DNA from: a virus
DNA: 64,000 nucleotides
Virus record (IMG/VR): IMGVR_UViG_3300009177_000032
Coordinates: 14,673-78,672 of that record
Direction: 5' to 3' (one strand)
Made by a program: the position numbers and the translations under genes. Shown here piece after piece: positions 61,797 through 64,000 of the stretch. The notes below the pieces were generated by a model. The model worked only from the letters and a program-made list of their open reading frames with translations. It did not search any database and had not been told where the DNA came from. Position 1 is the first letter of the stretch. Each line of letters opens with the position of its first letter.

Positions 61797-63644
61797 TCAG
61801 TAGAGGTTAGTGTACGTCGGGTTCGCTACCATCCCGACAGTCGTCGGAGGACCTGACGCAACGCCCATAATCCAAACAGAGTTTGCAGGGCATTCCACGA
61901 TAGCCGTACAGGTTTCAGAGATCAGGGTGATCTCCTCCGTGATGTTTTCCATCGTACAAGCAAACGTCGGGTCAATTCGAGCCAACTGCTCGATCTCACC
62001 CAAGGTGCGGACCTTGCGGTTAGTGGCGATCATACCAGGGTAGATCGTCCCGCCTTTCGGTCCAGGCTTGCCGATATCGAGGATCAGCATCATGCGCCCC
62101 GCGGAGTCGATATTCTCAGTCGCGAAGGCGTTGAGGATATCGTCAAAGAACTCGTGAGTCACAATGGCGATCGTCAAGCCGGCAGGGTATTTCACCTTGT
62201 ACTTGCGCCAGTAGAACCCGAGCTCGTTGGTCCCTTCCTCGATGTTGATACGGACAATGTCCCCATACTCCCGACGGTAGTAGGAGATAACAGCGGTTTC
62301 GAAGTCCGCCGCGGTCTGGTTGTCCGTGAAAATGTCGATCGTGTCGACAGGTTTGCCCTGAGATTTGCGAGCACGCATAATCCGGTAAATTTCGGAGAGG
62401 AGCTCGTAGAAATTCAGGTTCTGGTTCTGCAAGTCGCGGACGCGGTCGCAAGCCAGGAGCTGCTCAAACACGCCGACCATGTTTGCGCGATAGGCGATGA
62501 TTTTGCCGCCGGTGCCGGGGTCAACCGACCCGCCGCTTACCGTGAGGATCTGTTCGAGGTTCTGCCAGTTGGCGAGGCTCTGATTGGCGCTGATCTTCTT
62601 ACCGTAGAAGAACGAGTTAAGCCAATCGCGTTGGAAGTTTTCCTCGTCCTGGCGGTTACGCTCGGCCAGGTCCAGATCGCCGAATTGGCGGAAGTACTCG
62701 TTTGACTCCATCAGGCGCTCGAAAACCTTCTTGTATTCCGAGTCTACCCGACGGCCTCGGCGCATCGTCTGATACCAGTAAGGGACGCGCTTCCTGGGGT
62801 CCAGCGTAGGCCGGTTATGGCACCAGCTTTCAAAGTCGTTGACGTTGTTACCGCCCTTGAGCACAACGCCCGCGGTGGGAGCAGTGTCGTAAGGGGTAGC
62901 AGAGCCAGCATTTTCCGACGTGATCAGGACGTCGACGTAGCTGAAATCCGCAGCAACTTCGGACGCAAGCACGCGCCATTGACCGATCAGGGTCTGGCCT
63001 CCGCTCCGACCGAAAATGTGCAACCGGTCTTTGTCGACGAACCATTTCGGGTCCAGATCGATGCCGTAGCGGCTTACCACACGGATAACACGGTCTGAGG
63101 CTGCGCCAAGGGCCAAGTCTCCTGCAGTGAGCGGTCCGGTAACCAGCGCGGTATAGGCGCTCTGCGCCTGGCCCTGGCTGATCGCCCAAAACTCCTTATT
63201 GATGACGGAGTCTTGCCGGCCAAGAACGAAGGGCTTGAGCAGGGACGGACCTTTGTCGACTTTCTCGTAAGAGAGAAGCGAGCCGATATTCCGTTGGGAG
63301 CTCATTACCCAGTCATACATGCCGTTGACCTTGATCCCGCATGCCTTCATCTCGAAGGCCGTCCGAAACCACGAGTCCATATCCGCAAACAGCCCGTTTG
63401 GGCGGAACAGGTTCTCAAGGTCGGTGGGAGTTAGGTGTGCCACACTCGCCCGCGTAATCGTACCGTGCGTATCGAAGTTATTCGATACAACGACCGTACA
63501 GGGAGTGTCCTGAAAACGCCGCGAAGTGCTCGTCACCGCCAGAAACGGGAGAGCAGCAAGGGCGCTGAGAGCCCACATGGGGGCCAGTAGGAAAGCCGCA
63601 CACCAGAGGAGTGCGGTCAAGCCGAACAGTTTCTTAGGACTCAT
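61797..63644 (-). CDS. probable major capsid protein with hydrophobic N-terminal leader
   Basis: 615 aa; lies between scaffold-like gene and strong terminator/adaptor; Q..R, FFYG, C-terminal E....VECP pattern compatible with HK97 fold; mainly positional. Confidence 0.6.
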   Translation of the reverse strand: MSPKKLFGLTALLWCAAFLLAPMWALSALAALPFLAVTSTSRRFQDTPCTVVVSNNFDTHGTITRASVAHLTPTDLENLFRPNGLFADMDSWFRTAFEMKACGIKVNGMYDWVMSSQRNIGSLLSYEKVDKGPSLLKPFVLGRQDSVINKEFWAISQGQAQSAYTALVTGPLTAGDLALGAASDRVIRVVSRYGIDLDPKWFVDKDRLHIFGRSGGQTLIGQWRVLASEVAADFSYVDVLITSENAGSATPYDTAPTAGVVLKGGNNVNDFESWCHNRPTLDPRKRVPYWYQTMRRGRRVDSEYKKVFERLMESNEYFRQFGDLDLAERNRQDEENFQRDWLNSFFYGKKISANQSLANWQNLEQILTVSGGSVDPGTGGKIIAYRANMVGVFEQLLACDRVRDLQNQNLNFYELLSEIYRIMRARKSQGKPVDTIDIFTDNQTAADFETAVISYYRREYGDIVRINIEEGTNELGFYWRKYKVKYPAGLTIAIVTHEFFDDILNAFATENIDSAGRMMLILDIGKPGPKGGTIYPGMIATNRKVRTLGEIEQLARIDPTFACTMENITEEITLISETCTAIVECPANSVWIMGVASGPPTTVGMVANPTYTNLY

Positions 63645-63694
63645 GCTTTTCCGGCTCGGGGCGGTCTAGCTACACGCCCGTTGCGCGGAAAGCA

Positions 63695-64000
63695 TTATGA
63701 GCCAAACATCGTGTCTGTGGCCTGCTTAGCGAAGGTTTTCGCCCTGTCGGATGGCACTCCCGTACTGGTTCTAACATCAGCCTGACCTCCGAGGGCCGGA
63801 GATCTCGGTTTTCCAGCGGCTGGCGCGGGCGATGGCGCGGGTCGAGGCGCAGCCGGAGCTCCCGGCTTGGGTGCAGCGGGACCAGCCACTCCGAAGCGCC
63901 GACGGGCTACAGCCTCCCGTCTTTCGACTTCGGCCTTAGCTTTCTTACCGTAGAAATCAACCATGAGGTCCTCGAGCATATCTGCCGTGATTACCCAAAC
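63695..64000 (-). CDS. C-terminal part of a probable scaffolding protein (truncated at right edge)
   Basis: frame open to window end; helical then Pro/Ala-rich tail directly upstream of capsid gene. Confidence 0.45.
   Translation of the reverse strand, partial: VWVITADMLEDLMVDFYGKKAKAEVERREAVARRRFGVAGPAAPKPGAPAAPRPAPSPAPAAGKPRSPALGGQADVRTSTGVPSDRAKTFAKQATDTMFGS

Noticed and set aside
1-64000. tRNA/rRNA genes, att sites, lysis cassette, terminase large subunit and portal
   Set aside because: None recognisable by eye. Packaging genes probably lie beyond the right edge, and with no host junction in the window integration cannot be shown.

Overview
The whole 64 kb window is bacteriophage sequence with no host housekeeping genes, and gene order suggests a large podovirus-like dsDNA phage. 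Protein motifs weakly point to a Verrucomicrobiota host (inference). From left to right: (i) 1-16.7 kb, mostly minus strand, is a replication/recombination/accessory module. It holds DUF5131, GroES, HNH, an N4/N6-MTase, lipoprotein-like genes, an array of small 'MANEN' gene cassettes joined by a 29-nt repeat, a RusA-like locus apparently split over two overlapping frames, a J-domain protein, a KhpA-like KH protein, DnaB, a C5-MTase with motif IX in an alternative frame, a DnaC-like loader, an HTH initiator, a RecE-like exonuclease, an SMC-like ATPase, a Sak4-like ATPase and an XRE regulator. (ii) 16.8-19.0 kb carries C-rich plus-strand genes. (iii) 19.0-20.5 kb is non-coding, with a GC-skew inversion, iteron-like repeats, a parS-like site and a structured RNA candidate. 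(iv) 20.5-35.1 kb has plus-strand early/accessory genes, including an LPD29 protein, a tyrosine recombinase, a DnaA-C-terminal protein and a cluster of glycosyltransferase-like and methyltransferase genes. (v) 35.1-64 kb is the minus-strand virion module: a 4323-aa DarB-like polyvalent protein containing two nested genes, internal virion proteins, a GNAT, tail fibres, nozzle, adaptor, probable major capsid protein and the end of a scaffold-like gene. The most notable observations are the repeat-delimited cassette array and the recurrent same-strand dual-frame coding (RusA, C5-MTase, giant protein). All assignments come from reading motifs by eye; no database searches were run.
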